The notes beneath the pieces were generated by a model. That model did no database searches. It saw only the letters and a program-made list of their open reading frames with translations, and had not been told where the DNA came from. Shown here piece by piece: positions 36,650 through 49,817 of a stretch of 64,000 nt of DNA. Positions within the stretch are counted from its first letter, which is position 1. Each line of letters starts with the position of its first letter. Source of the DNA: Octopus sinensis (lineage: Eukaryota); the NCBI RefSeq assembly GCF_006345805.1, contig NC_043005.1:84258001-84322000 (forward strand). Direction: 5' to 3'. A program made the translations under genes and the position numbers.

Positions 36650-37080
36650 GACCCTTTTCATACTAACCCACCTGAGACCACCCCTCGTTCCATGAGACAG
36701 ACTTCATATTTCAAACTGATCTAAACAAAAACTTTCCGTCAGAATTCCATTTTAATTCATGGTTCAAATGCCAGATTAATAACGACAAAACTGTTTTACT
36801 AAATTCTTCATTTTTTCCAAATTAATTGAAACAATGTCTGTGCATTTCAACAGAAATATGGTACCAAAAAGGTTAATAATAACAAAGTTACTGCTAAATT
36901 CTTCAATAATTTCAAAATTAATTGAAACAAAAGCAATGAATTCTTTCAACAAAAATACAACAAAGGGTTTAAGCTGGTGTTTGGAACATAAATGAACATG
37001 GAATTCTGATGAAAGGATTTTGAACTTGTATCATTTAGTTGGAAATTTGTATCAAAGAACTAAGGCTAGTCTTGGGTGAA
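36650..37080. mobile_element. Tandem diverged piggyBac-type MITE copies
   Basis: ..caacagaaatatggtaccaaaaaggttaa and ..gatatcaaaaagggttttaa ends. Confidence 0.65.
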
Positions 37081-37189
37081 TTGATATCAAAAAGGGTTTT
37101 AAATTAATTTTTAACTGTAAGAAAAACTTTAAAATATACAAAAGAAAAACATGTAAAAGAGAATAAATAATTGAAGCATAACAGATCTT

Positions 37190-37880
37190 TTCTCTTTTAC
37201 CTGCTTCAGTTTTTAGGTTGTGGCCATGCTGGGGCACCACCTCGAAGGTTTTAGTTGAATAAAACGACCCCAGTACTTATCTTTTGAAGTCTGTTATGCT
37301 GTCAGTCTCTTTTGTCAAATTGCCAAGTTAGGGGAATGTAAACAAACCAACACCAGCTGTCAAGCAGTGTGCAGACTGTATATTTTATATATATATATAT
37401 GTTAATGTTTGTTTTTATGTGTAGTTAAAAAAGCACCATTTGAGCATGGCTGATGCCAGTGCCACCTGACTGGTTCCCATGCCGGTGGCACGTAAAAAGC
37501 ACCCAATACACACTTGGAGTGGTTGGCATTAGAAAGGGCATCCAGCTGTAGAAACCTTGCCAGATCAGATTGGAGCCTGGTGCAGCCTTCTGGCTTGCCA
37601 GCCCTCAGTCAAACCGTCCAACCCATGCAAGCATGGAAAGTGGACGTTAAACGACGACGATGATGATGATGTTACTCTATGCTTCTGTAGAGCACAAATT
37701 TATTATTCTTTAACAAGAATATTGCTGACAGTAACTTCAAAGTTTTGACCAGTTAAGCCATCATTGGGCTGCCTCACACACACACACCAGGCTTCTTTCA
37801 GTTTCCAGTTATTAAATCCACTCACAAGGCTTTATTCAGCCTGGGGCTTATAGTATGTGACACTAACCCAAAGTGCCACC
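37190..37880 (-). mobile_element. SINE family A halves separated by a C copy and ~110 bp of other DNA
   Basis: 3' half about 37190-37370; 5' half about 37785-37880. Confidence 0.6.
37427..37670 (+). mobile_element. SINE family C
   Basis: ..ggaaagtggacgttaaacgacgacgatgatgat. Confidence 0.92.
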
Positions 37881-38519
37881 TGATGTGGGATTATTTTCCT
37901 ATTTTTCTTTTTTCTTTTTTCGCAATTAATTAAAAAATTTATTGAGCTATTATTTGAAAACTCACTGAACTAAAGGAACGGCTTGGGTGTCTTAACATAC
38001 TTAACCCTAATGGTCAGAACCGAATGGGAGCAAATGAAAGAAAAATAAAAAGCTTAGAGAGAAGCCAGCAAAAGGAGGTCATATTATTAAATTCCAATTA
38101 CAAAGCTAAATGAAAAAAATTAAATAACAGAACAATAAAATAAATAAAATAAAGTATTTTTTAGTAAAACATAAATGACTAAAGCGAATTATCAAGTAAT
38201 GAGATTTGACTTCGTTTATCTCTGTTTGAAATCAATTATGAAAGTAGAATTCTATAAAACAACCGTAATAATGATTTGATATAAAAAAATATAATGTAAA
38301 AAAAAGGAGGTAAAAAAAAGCCAGTGAAAAAAAGAACAAAAAATATAGAAGAACATTCACTAGTGTGTGTGTGTGTGAGGGGGGCATTGCTGGTGTTTCT
38401 AACAACAACAAAAGGAAAAAGGAAAAGATGAGCAGAAATTTACAGACTTGGAGTTAGAGCTATGATGGATTTAATATATGTGTGTGTGTGTGAGTGTACT
38501 TATATCTCTCTATCTATCT

Positions 38520-38780
38520 ATTTATGAGACTGTCTGTCTGTGTACCTACCTACCTACCTACCTACTTACCTACCTACCTACCTACCTACCTACCTACCTA
38601 CCTACCTACCTACCTACCTACCTATCTATCTATCCACGCACCTACCTACCTACATGCCTGTTTGTCTATCTATCTATGTATCTATGAGCCTGCCTGCCTG
38701 CCTGCCTACCTATCTATATATCTATTTACCTACCTACCTACCTCTCTCTCTCTCTGCCTACCTACCTATCTATCTATCTA
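38520..38780. repeat. (CCTA)n/(TCTA)n microsatellite
   Basis: Direct reading. Confidence 0.95.
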
Positions 38781-38784
38781 TATA

Positions 38785-39620
38785 GTATTAATAACGTTAA
38801 GTGGAGGCGCAATGGCCCAGTGGTTAGGGCAGCGGACTTGCGGTCATAGGATCGCGGTTTCGATTCCCAGACCGGGCGTTGTGAGTGTTTATTGAGCGAA
38901 AACACCTAAAGCTCCACGAGTCTCCGGCAGGGGATGGTGGTGATCCCTGCTGTACTCTTTCACCACAACTTTCTCTCACTCTTACTTCCTGTTTCTGTTG
39001 TACCTGTATTTCAAAGGGCCGGCCTTGTCACTCTCTGTGTCACGCTGAATATCCCCAAGAACTACGTTAAGGGTACACGTGTCTGTGGAGTGCTCAGCCA
39101 CTTACACGTTAATTTCACGAGCAGGCTGTTCCGTTGATTTGGATCAACCGGAACCCTCATCGTCGTAACCGACGGAGTGCTTCCAATAACGTTAAAGAGA
39201 ACAGAGATTTTTCACATCCATAATTTTAATCAACAGTTATTTACAGCAACCTTTTCTGGACCTATGTGCATCTCAACTGCATCAACTACACACTGTTGGA
39301 TATGCAGCCTGGTGCCATGGGTGGGGCAGTGTCATCAGGGTCCTTACTCAGCAAGCTGAATGAGTAAAGTGTTTTTTGTGAGGTATGGGTGCTACTATTT
39401 ATAGTTGTAGGAACCATGACTTAGGGTTCACCTCTACTAAATGTGGTCGGTGAAGCAAAACATAGTCCTAGAAATAGGTCAAGGTTGGATTGGATGTTTA
39501 TGTAGATTTATCATTTGATGCGGTTGAAACGCACATAATTCCAGAAAAGGATGCTGTAAATAACTGTTGATTAAAATTATGGCTGTGAAAAATCTCCATT
39601 CTTCTTATCCTTATTAATAC
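38785..39620. mobile_element. MITE with ~100-bp TIRs and TA flanks, interrupted by SINE D
   Basis: TA|gtattaataa.. / ..ttattaatac|TA; 39190-39283 is the reverse complement of 39518-39615. Confidence 0.78.
38801..39184 (+). mobile_element. SINE family D, full length, 11-bp TSD
   Basis: A box tggcccagtgg, B-box-like ggtttcgattcc; aataacgttaa at 38790-38800 and 39185-39195. Confidence 0.93.
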
Positions 39621-39834
39621 TATTCATTTCTCTATGGAAACTAATACAAGTAAACTAAAAGTTCAAAAAAGAAAGCAGTGAACTTAGGCTTTTATTTGCT
39701 TACAATTTGACCAGTTCTTGTAAATAATATACACACCTTAATTTATACTTATTCAGTAAGATAACAAATATACACTATTAATAACCAGCATAAGTCAACA
39801 TACTCAAGCAAAAGAAGAGTCTACAACATATTCA

Positions 39835-40210
39835 ACCCTTTCATTACTGTATTTCTGCTGAGATGCTCTGTGTTTCTTTCAATTACTTTAAATATAACTG
39901 AGAATTTAGTAAAATAACTTAGTTATCATTCAGCTAGTATTAGGAACATGAATTGTGACTAAGGTTTGGTGGAAGATTTTAATTCAAAACTTATGAAAAC
40001 AAGACATTTATACTACAGAGCCAGAGATAGTCTCAGCCAGGTTGATATCGAGAGAGTTAAAAATATGGTGACTTTAACCCTTTTGTTACCATATTTCTGT
40101 TGAGATGCTCTGTGTTTCTTTCACTTACTTTAACTATAACAAAGAATTTAGTAAAATAACTTAGTTATCATTCAGCTAGTATTAGGAACATAAATTATGA
40201 ATAAATTTTG
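39835..40210. mobile_element. piggyBac-type MITE (same family as 9217-9432): one full and one truncated copy
   Basis: gagatgctctgtgtttctttc..cttagttatcattcagctag.. twice. Confidence 0.85.
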
Positions 40211-40361
40211 GTCTGTGTTTCTTTCAATTCACCTGTGCCATAGAAATGCCCCTTTCTATATAAAACCCTACCCCACCATCCAAATTCTGGTTTTAAATAA
40301 GTACACCCCCAATTTAGCTTTTTATATAAAATATGTTAATATAGATATATTTAGCATTTTT

Positions 40362-40735
40362 GTAGAGGTGCAATGGCCCATGGGTAAGGGCGGTGGACTC
40401 GCAATTGTAGGATTGCGGTTTTGATTCCCAGACCAGATGTTGTGAGTGTTTATTGAGCGAAAACACCGAAAGTTCCATGAGGCTCCAACAGGGGGTGGTG
40501 GCGAACCCTGTTGTATTCTTTCACCACACTTCTTTCTTCCTGTTTCTATTGTACCTGTATTTCAAAAGGGCCAGCTTTGTCACACTCTCTGTCACGCTGA
40601 ATCTCCCTGAGAACTACGTTAAGTGTACATGTGTCTGTGGAGTGCTCAGCCACTTGCACGTTAATTTCATGAGCAAGCTGTTCCGTTGATCAGGTCAGTT
40701 GGAATCCTCACCATCATAATCGACGGAGTGCCATG
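40362..40735 (+). mobile_element. SINE family D, full length, 13-bp TSD
   Basis: atttagcattttt at 40349-40361 and 40736-40748. Confidence 0.92.
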
Positions 40736-41069
40736 ATTTAGCATTTTTACATAATATAATGATTTAATATTTGAAAAAATCTATATAAAATACTTGAATG
40801 AGAATTACAAGTTTGCTTCGATTTTGGTAAGCTTTAATCAGCGTTTGGCGTTAAATTAGTTCCAGAATGTAGCAGACAGTTCTTCAAATTAGAATCAGTC
40901 AATTGCGACTACATTTTGATTGTTTTAAAATCACTTTATATGTATTTGTTTGTTTTCTTTATTACCCATAGAGGGCGACTATTATATGTATTTGTTTAGT
41001 TGGACATCTTTCTAAAACAACAAATACAGCAGATGGGAGTCTGGTCAAATCTTGTTGGTACTGATAAAA

Positions 41070-41290
41070 TATTCTTTTCTACTCTAGGCACAAGGCCCGA
41101 AATTTTTTGGGGAGGGGGCTAGTCAATTACATCAACAATAGTACATACACAACTGGTACTTAATTTGTCAACCCTCCCAAAAGGATGAAAGGCAAAGTCG
41201 ACCTTGGTGGAATTTGAACTCAGAATGTAAAGACAGACGAAATACCACTAAGCTATTTGTCTGCTGTGCTAACGTTTCTGCCATCTCACC
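41070..41290 (-). mobile_element. SINE family B (tail type 2)
   Basis: ttctactctaggcacaaggccc..ggcaaagtcgaccttggtggaatttgaactcag. Confidence 0.9.
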
Positions 41291-41330
41291 TCTGTGGTAC
41301 TGAAAAAATATTCACAAAATAATGGATTAG

Positions 41331-41505
41331 GTGGAAGCATATGGCTTAATGGTTTGGGTGCTGGACTCATGATCCTTAGATGGTGCTTTCTATTCCTTGA
41401 CCAGGTATTCTTGAGCAAAACACTTCATTTCATGTTGCTCCAGTCCACTCAGTTGGTAATAATTACTAAATCTGTGATGGACTGGCAACCCATCCAGGTG
41501 GGAAA

Positions 41506-41507
<2 letters not shown>
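41331..41507 (+). mobile_element. SINE family E
   Basis: tggcttaatgg..cttgagcaaaacacttcatttcatgttgctccagtccactcag..gatggactggcaacccatccag. Confidence 0.8.
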
Positions 41508-41545
<38 letters not shown>

Positions 41546-41604
41546 GCACACAATATATATATATATATACACACACATGCATATATATATATACACACAT
41601 ATAT

Positions 41605-41639
<35 letters not shown>

Positions 41640-41671
41640 GATATATATAAATACATACACATATATATACA

Positions 41672-41870
41672 TACAAGGAGAATTCACAAAAAAACAAAAG
41701 ACAAAGACAGGTGGTGTAGACAATAAACAGATGTATTAGTATAATGCTTGGGAAGTGAAAAAGTCTTTAACATTTCGAGCCTACACTCTTCCACAGAAAG
41801 GAACACAGAAAGAAACGAGGAGAGAAAATAAAGAATGTGTAGTGGCTAGCGATCTATCATGGTGAATATA
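41672..41870 (-). mobile_element. Short repeat carrying a variant hammerhead-like motif (41765-41800)
   Basis: cttt-CTGTGGA-a-GAGT-gtag-GCTC-GAAAt-GTT|aaag; stems I and II pair. Confidence 0.5.
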
Positions 41871-42564
41871 TATATATACACACATATATACATACATACA
41901 TATACATATATATATACACATGCACACATACATAAAAAGTGTATAGTATTTCTTTCCTTTTAATTTTCACACTAAGATTTTCATAATTTCAAATCTTGGT
42001 AAGTAGTTTTAATTCTATCATTTGCTGCTGACCATGTGACTGCACCTGTGCATTTGATTTGAAAACATAAATGTATAAGCATGCAGTACACATGGAATTT
42101 TGGTGTGTATTTGCTGCATAATTACATATTGTCTTAGGCGATCCCACTGATGAAGTACAGATGACTAATTAATTTATTTGTTCATTAATACAGACACTCG
42201 AGTTTGGGATTAACTGTAAATAATTATTATTTTCATTCTCTTTGGAGTCACTTCTTTTTCATGGTTACTATGGCTGGATGCCCTTTCTAACAACAACCAC
42301 TTAACAAAGTGTACTGGGTCCTTTTTTTACATGTCACCAGCACTTGCTTTGGATAGGATCCTATAGAGGAAGTGCCTAAGGATTCAACCCTGCATGACCT
42401 TCCCAGGAACAGTCAGTGGAGAAGATGGATGGACAGTCTGAGACTGAAAAGTTTATCAAATTTTTCATGCCAGCTCCTTTCAAACAGTTCAATCCATGTC
42501 AACATGGAAAATGGACATTAAATGATGATGATCTAGATGATGTATGTGTGCGCGTGTGTGAATG

Positions 42565-42815
42565 TGAGTGGTGCGAGGTGTTAGTATCTCCTTGCCTTGA
42601 CACTGCATGATAATCGTAAATGAGTGCCACTGTTTTACAAGCAGTGTTCTTTGTTTCCAATCTGTAGTGAAAGCACGTCTGCCCATGGGGAAAATATCAC
42701 CTTGCTTGGAAAGAGCTGAGGTTTGACGACAAGAAGGGCATCTGGCCATAGAAAATCTGCCTCAACAAATTCTCTCCAAGCTTGGAAGAATGGATGTTAA
42801 ACAATGATGGTTGAA
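42565..42815 (+). mobile_element. SINE family G
   Basis: ccttgccttgacac..ccttgcttggaaa..aagggcatctggccatagaaaatctgcctc. Confidence 0.72.
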
Positions 42816-43714
42816 GATTAGAGAAAATGGGTTTAAAAATATAAATATACAATCTCATCTTTACTAAATGGAAGTGAATGACCTTCAAATGTCTCTAGGA
42901 AAAACCTAATTTTCTTTTCTCACCAAATTTTTACAATGTTACCATTATCTCCAGTGAATTCACATTGCACTTTTAAGAGTGTGGAAATTGGTTCAAGAAC
43001 TTGTTTCTCTGCTGAGGTGTGTGTGTGTGTGTAGTGGGGGGAACAGTTTATTTTACATTGGGAATTCATTGATGTTATTTATTAAACCAAGAAACATTTT
43101 ATTCTTGCCTGGCAGTTTCAAATTGAGATAATTCAGATAACCGATTATTATCAAATAAAGGAACTCTTTCTTCAGGCAACTCATATTTCTTTTAGAGAAC
43201 TATATATGTATTTTTCCATTTCCAAAACCTACTCCAAGCCTGTCCTCCAGAAAGGCAGAGTAACCCACATTAGAAGATAAATTCTAAATTTAATCTTTCA
43301 TAATATTCTCTGAAGTCTTGTCTGTGGAATGTTCTCTCTTTTATTCTTTTAATGGTTTCATTCATACAACTTGTTCTGTTTTAATACAGAATTGCTAACT
43401 TGGATTACATTCCTCGAATGCAAGCCAATAATGGAGTGAGTATGTGAGCAACTACAATGCAATATATACTCAAAAATGCACGCTGATTAAAAAAAGAAGC
43501 AGAACATAAAGATCCAGGTGCAAAAAGTATCGTGCCACTTACGAAACAAACCAATATACAAATTAGAAGGCAGTCCAAAGTTCACTTTAAAAGGACACGA
43601 GTTGAACACACGAAATAAAGCAGAGTCACTAAACTTAGTTCAATACTTAGTCAGAACATAGAATTAAATTAGAGCAATATAACAGGACTACTGCCATGCT
43701 GGAGCACCGCCTTA

Positions 43715-43975
43715 ACTTATTTTCTATCAGTTTTGTTGTCGCTTTATGGTAAGAAGTTGGTCTATGATTGATTTTGTAGCAGCTGATCTTCCCTGGCTGT
43801 ATCCTCGAATGCTTAGCTGGTCTGGCATTATCGTTAGGAGTTTATCCAATGTTATTTTTAATGTTTCAGTCGAGGTTCCTTTCATATTTCTGGTTCTTTT
43901 AGGTAAGCAGTTGAATAATTGAGGACTTCTAAATAGGAAACTGGTACAGCAAAGTGTTTTTGTTAACAATTTTGA
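43715..43975 (-). mobile_element. CR1/L2-group LINE, extreme 3' coding fragment
   Basis: PQLFNCLPKRTRN..LKITLDKLLTIMPDQ..GY..RSAATKSIIDQ resembles the C-terminal LFNxLP..FK..LD..PD motif of CR1-group ORF2. Confidence 0.7.
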
Positions 43976-43995
43976 AGGTAGTATATTTGACAGCT

Positions 43996-44140
43996 GAAGT
44001 TGACTTTACCTTTCATCCTTTCAGGGTCAATAAATTAAGTACCAGTGACGCACTGGGGTCTATGTAATTGACTTAATCCGTTTGTCTGTCCTTGTTTGTC
44101 CCCTCTATGTTTAGCCCCTCGTGGATAGTAAAGAAATAGG
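43996..44140 (+). mobile_element. SINE family B (tail type 1), 5'-truncated
   Basis: gttgactttacctttcatcc..gtttagcccctcgtggatagtaaagaaatagg. Confidence 0.88.
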
Positions 44141-44484
44141 TATATTTGACAGCTGACATTATCAGTTCATGCATTAAAAATTCTCTCTAATACCAAAGTT
44201 TGGAACATGCCCTTCCAGGGTTTTCCATAAGTATATGATAGTACACTTCTCTTTTTGGCATCCAAGAAAGTAGAGATTCAGGATTTTCAGGCATTCCCAG
44301 TAATTAAAGCTTTCAACCACATTACCAGTGAATGTTCTTCCTAAGCCTTATTTAACACAACATTCTGTTGTATATGTAGACATGGTTGTATGTTTGGGAA
44401 GTTTGCTTCCCAGCCATGTGGTTTGGGGTAAGTATCTTCTACATGGGTAACTTTACACCAGTTTTGGGTAAGTATCTTTTACAT

Positions 44485-44720
44485 AAGGCGGCGAGCTGGC
44501 AGAAACATTAGCATGCCGGGCAAAATGCTTAGCAGTTTTTCGTCTGTCTTTACGTTTTGAGTTCAAATTCCACCAAGGTCAACTTTGCCTTTCATCCTTT
44601 TGGGGTCGATAAATTAAGTACCAGTTACGCACTGGGTCGATGTAATTGACTTAATCCGTTTGTATGTCCTTGTTTGTCCCCCTCTATGTTTAGCCCCTTG
44701 TGGGCAATAAAGAAATAAGA
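44485..44720 (+). mobile_element. SINE family B (tail type 1), 15-bp TSD, inserted in an A copy
   Basis: aagtatcttttacat at 44470-44484 and 44721-44735. Confidence 0.95.
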
Positions 44721-46231
44721 AAGTATCTTTTACATGGCCCTTGGTCAATCAAAACCTTGTGAGTGTGGATTTCATAGATGGAAACTGAAAGAAGCTTGTG
44801 ATGCATGCATGTACATGTGTGTCATATTTCTTTTTCTTTTATTCTTTTACTTGTTTCAGGCAATGGCCATGCTGGAACACTGCTTTCTTCTTAACATTTT
44901 TCTTTTACACATTCACATATTGCGGATGTTATTTCAGTTCACTTTTGAATCGAACCTGTTCTGGGTTCCTTCATAAGGCTGTGTTAGTATAAACTTTTGG
45001 CTAAATTCGTTTGGCTGGTGTTTTGTACTGCTTTCCTATATCTAAATAAGCTGGCACAATAGAAACAATCATTGGTAATGTATGGTGTAATCATAACACA
45101 CATGATCTGGCAATTGTTCATGTTCAAACACAGAGTACCCTATGCAAGCCAATCCAATTACCGTCCTATCCAAGCATGAAACTTGAAGTAGTTCATGTAT
45201 AACTTGTAGTCATTAAACGATGTTTATCCCGCACTGGACTGAATATATTTTTGCTGATCCTATTAACAAACGAACACTATTTTATATGTACACACAATAT
45301 TTATCTATCTATCTATCTATCTATATATATATATATATATATCTTTATATATATATATATATTAAGCTATGTGTGTGTGTATATTTATATATATATTGTA
45401 AGCTGTGTGTGTGTGCATGTATATGTACATACATACATATATATATATTATAATCTGTGTGTGTGTATATATATATATATATTTAAAACATATATGCACA
45501 GACAATGATATTATGTTGAAGCAGATTAGTTAAATTTCATTTAAGTGGATAAAAATCAAATTATTTTGAAAAATATACTGACATATAAACATACAAACCG
45601 CATTCATATATAAGCACACACACACTCACGCACACAGACACGCACAGAGACACACACACAGAGCGATATACATTTGAATTAAAATTTCATTAAAAAACAA
45701 AATAATACCAAGATTAAACTAAAACCCTGCAAACAATACCATAAGAGAAGAATGCAATAAAATACAACAACAACAACAATTACAGTATTGTTATGAAGAC
45801 TGACAACAACAACAACAACAACAAGAAACCCATCAGAAATAACCTGCTGTATTAACATCAGTGGTGGTGGTGGTGGTGGTGGTGGTGATGGTGGTGGTGA
45901 TGATGATGGTGGTGGTGGTGGGACGCAACAGAGGTGAAATAAAGGAAGTAAAATGGCTGCTTATTGCATTAGTACATCAGCTGCATTAGTAAATCATATT
46001 AGTGTTGCCGCTATATTAATAATGGAGGGTGACAAAGACTAACAGTTAGACACTTTCATACATTGATTTATACTCACTGACACACAGATGGTGTATACAC
46101 ACACACACATGCGTGTATACACACACAGACACACAGACACACATATATATATATATATATACCAGCACACTTAACAATATGTGCATGTCTGTGTAACATA
46201 TGTGTGTGTGTCTGTGTGTGCACATATATTC

Positions 46232-46264
<33 letters not shown>

Positions 46265-46615
46265 TGTATGTATGTATATATATACATAGATATATTGTAT
46301 GCATGTGCGATGTGTGTGTGTATATCTATATAAGTATAAGTATGTGTGCATATATGTGTATGTTTGTGCATATCTATGTATGTATGTGTGTATATATATG
46401 TATGTATATACACACATGCATACGCATATATTCTTCATGAATATTTTATACACACACACATACGCACTACTATATCTATCTATCTATCAATTTATCTCAC
46501 CACCACCACCACCATCATCATCATCAACATCTAGTGCCTGTTTCCCATGCTGGCACAAGTTGGACAGTTTGACAAGAGCTGGCAAGCCAGTGGTAGGTTG
46601 TGCCAAGCTCTACTA

Positions 46616-46870
46616 CATTAGTTCTCAACAGGGGCCCACAGAACCCTTTGGGGTCTCTGTAAGGTTTTGTGATTAAAATTTAATTTGTAATAAATTGCTT
46701 ATACTCCTAAAATGCATAAAATATTCTAACAATTATTTTTTATACAATTCCTAATATTTAATTATAAAAATATAACAGGAATTTTTTAAAACATCGACTG
46801 GCTATAGGGGTCCCCTTGAATAAAATAGGGCAAAAGAGATTGATGAGTATAAAATGGCTGAGAACCACTG
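46616..46870. mobile_element. hAT (Charlie-like) MITE
   Basis: cattagttctcaac / ctgagaaccactg (CAGTGGTTCTCA-type TIR); 8-bp flanks ctctacta / ccctaaga match at 5/8. Confidence 0.8.
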
Positions 46871-46879
46871 CCCTAAGAG

Positions 46880-47050
46880 CAGGGTTTGGATGGAATTTGT
46901 TGAGGCAGATTTGCTTTGGCTGGATGCTCTTTCTGTCACTAACCTTCGTCTGTTTCCAAGCAAAGTAATATTCCTCCATACCCTAACATAATTTCCATGG
47001 AAGACTAGGAATGAACAACATGGCTTTTAAGATGGTGATGTTCATCACAT
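46880..47050 (-). mobile_element. SINE family G fragment
   Basis: gaggcagatttgc..ctgtttccaagcaaagtaatatt. Confidence 0.7.
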
Positions 47051-47144
47051 AATATATATAGACAAGGGGTCACATGCACTGCTCCACATTCATATACATA
47101 CACACACACACACATCTATCTATCTATATCTATCTATATATATC

Positions 47145-47178
<34 letters not shown>

Positions 47179-47184
47179 TATATA

Positions 47185-47595
47185 TCTGTATATATAAGAG
47201 GCAGGATGTGTGTGTGTACATGAATGTAATTTATGCACATCCCCAAATTAGCACTCAAGTTGCTTCAATTTTAGGAGGACATTCGTTATGACACTAGCTG
47301 TATGTTCGTCAACTTATTTTTCCCAGAGGCACCAGCGAATAGCAATAAAAATTAATTTTCAACCAAGACTTTTAACAATTTTCAAGTCGGAGGAATCACC
47401 ATTGTTTGCTAACAGGAGTTAAGTCTCCTTCTAGCGACGAGTAAGTTTTTGTTAAGACTTTTGTTGTTTTTTTATCATCGAGGAAAAAAGTGTTTTGCAA
47501 CACACACACACGAACATGTATGCCTACAAAAGACGTATGCAATAGGTGTATAAGTGTATGTACGTATGTGTGTGTTGCCCATATAAATATATATA

Positions 47596-47640
<45 letters not shown>

Positions 47641-47765
47641 AAACCAATTTCAACGGATTACACTCAAATTTGATATCGATGTTACTTAGCTTGGTTTGAA
47701 ATAAAGAACTTGATTAGCTTCAAAATCCTAACTTAAACCCGGGCAAAGCCAGATTATACTGCTAG
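47185..47765 (+). mobile_element. Non-autonomous Helitron
   Basis: A|TC start (tctgtatatataagaggcagg), GC-rich subterminal stem cccgggcaaagcc(a)g, CTAG|T end, no TSD. Confidence 0.72.
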
Positions 47766-47782
47766 TATATAAATATATATGA

Positions 47783-48195
47783 CCTCACAGAGGCAATGAC
47801 AAGAGACTGAGACCTTTGGAGGTATGCTGTCATTGAGAAGACCCAGCAATTGAAGTGAGATCATAGCCACGCATGTCCGGCCCAGTTAAGAGTACACCCG
47901 ATGCATTGGGTGATATGATATGCTTGAGAAGACCTGTTGACCCAAGTAAAACCAATATTGTAGCTGTGGCCAGTGCTCCCTGACTGGCTCCCGTGCTGGA
48001 GGCATGTAAAAAGCACCCACTACACTCACGGAGTGGTTGGTGTTAGGAAGGGCATCCAGCTGTAGAAACCTTGCCAGATCAGATTGGAGCCTGGTGCAGC
48101 CTTCTGGCTCTCCAGACCTCAGTCAAACTGTCCAACCCATGCCAGCGTGGAAAATGGATGTTAAACGATCATGATTATAATGATGATGATGATGA
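47783..48195 (+). mobile_element. SINE family C, long copy
   Basis: gacctcacagaggcaatgac..ggatgttaaacgatcatg. Confidence 0.85.
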
Positions 48196-48204
48196 TATAT
48201 ATTC

Positions 48205-48615
48205 TTTTATTCTGTCGTTCTTTTACTTGTATCAGTCATTTGACTGTGGTCATGCTGGAGTACCACCTTTAGTTGAGCAAATCGATCCCAAGACTTATTC
48301 TTCATAAGCCTAGTACTTATTCTATTGGTCTCTTTTGCCAAACTGCTAACTTACAGGGACGTAAACACACCAGCATCAGTTGTTAAGCAATGTTGGGGTA
48401 ACAAACACAGACACACAAACACATACACACATGCATGCATACACACACACACAACATGCTTCTTTCAGTTTCTGTCTACCAAATCCACTCACAAGGCTTT
48501 GGTCAGCCTGACGCTATAGTAGAAGACACTTGCCCAAGGTGCCATGCAGTGGAACTGAACCTGGAACCATGTGGTTGGGAAGCAAACTTCTTACTACATA
48601 GCATTGCCAGCACCA
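48205..48615 (-). mobile_element. SINE family A, full length
   Basis: Reverse complement of tail through head. Confidence 0.9.
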
Positions 48616-48923
48616 GTTATATACACACATCATATATATGTGTGTGTGTGTGAGAGAGAGAGAGATAGAGGGAGAGAGAGAGAAAGAGGGAGAGAGAGAG
48701 AGGGTTTTTTTCCAGTTCCTGTCCACCAAATTCTTATTGTAATGTAGTGGACAATCTACAGCTGTTGTCAATGATATTAATTGACAGAGTCCAACCAGGG
48801 AAATTGAACCTCAAACCCATGTGGTTTTGCAATGACTTTAAGCACACATCAATGCCTGTAATTACACACACAAACATCCGCACACATATTTGCATACAAT
48901 TATATACACACTCAGACACATAC

Positions 48924-48957
<34 letters not shown>

Positions 48958-49046
48958 ATGCCTGCAGGTATATATTTATGCGTCTATGTGTATGCATGTA
49001 TACATATATCTATATTTCTATATACAATATTGACACCCACACATCC

Positions 49047-49103
<57 letters not shown>

Positions 49104-49749
49104 CACACACACATACACACGAGATTATGCCTACATTAACACTCTTAAGCACAAATACTCTAAATCCATACATACATATATATTAACATAGACACAATCA
49201 TACATATATGCACTCATTCATTTATGCACACATACACACAACTATACACTCGAATATACACTCATAGATAGATAGATACATACATACATACATACATGCA
49301 TACACACACATGCACATATATATATAAACATACGTACAAACCTATGACTGTCCTGATATGCAAACAAAATTTCTTCGCTGCAAATGAATAGAAAATTCGA
49401 TTTCGTTGTCAATGTGTTGTAACCAATTCCATGGGGGACAGAATGGTTGTAAATGAATGGCTTGTAAATGTAGCAGGAGGAATCGGTTAATAACAAAAAG
49501 ACTAGCAGACAAATCAGGTTTTCGTCACAGTTTTCATATAAATTTTAATGATGCTACCAAAATCTCATGGGCCGCTCTGAAGTGATCAATTGAAACGCTA
49601 GGTTCCACGAAATCTGTTTAAAGTCTTTATGCGGTGAATTTGAGGGTTGGTTTGGGTTGTGTGTTTATTGGTGTGTTCTGTGACTGTGTGATGTTCTGTT
49701 TTATTTTAGTTTTGTATTTTCTTTTAAAATATGTTAGGAGGTATGTATA

Positions 49750-49782
49750 TATGTATGTCTGGGGTTTGTGTGCATATGTGTG

Positions 49783-49817
<35 letters not shown>

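Noticed and set aside
43104-43180. Minus-strand CTGAAGAA...GAAAC with ttgc/gcaa flanks
   Set aside because: No valid NUH triplet and no coherent stem II; could be chance.
45140-45195. GAAACTTGAAGTA stem III-like motif
   Set aside because: No CUGANGA upstream and no stem I.
49500-49640. Possible Helitron 3' end on the minus strand (actagcagac..)
   Set aside because: The hairpin is too degraded and no 5' end was found; the same applies to the similar motif near 7840.
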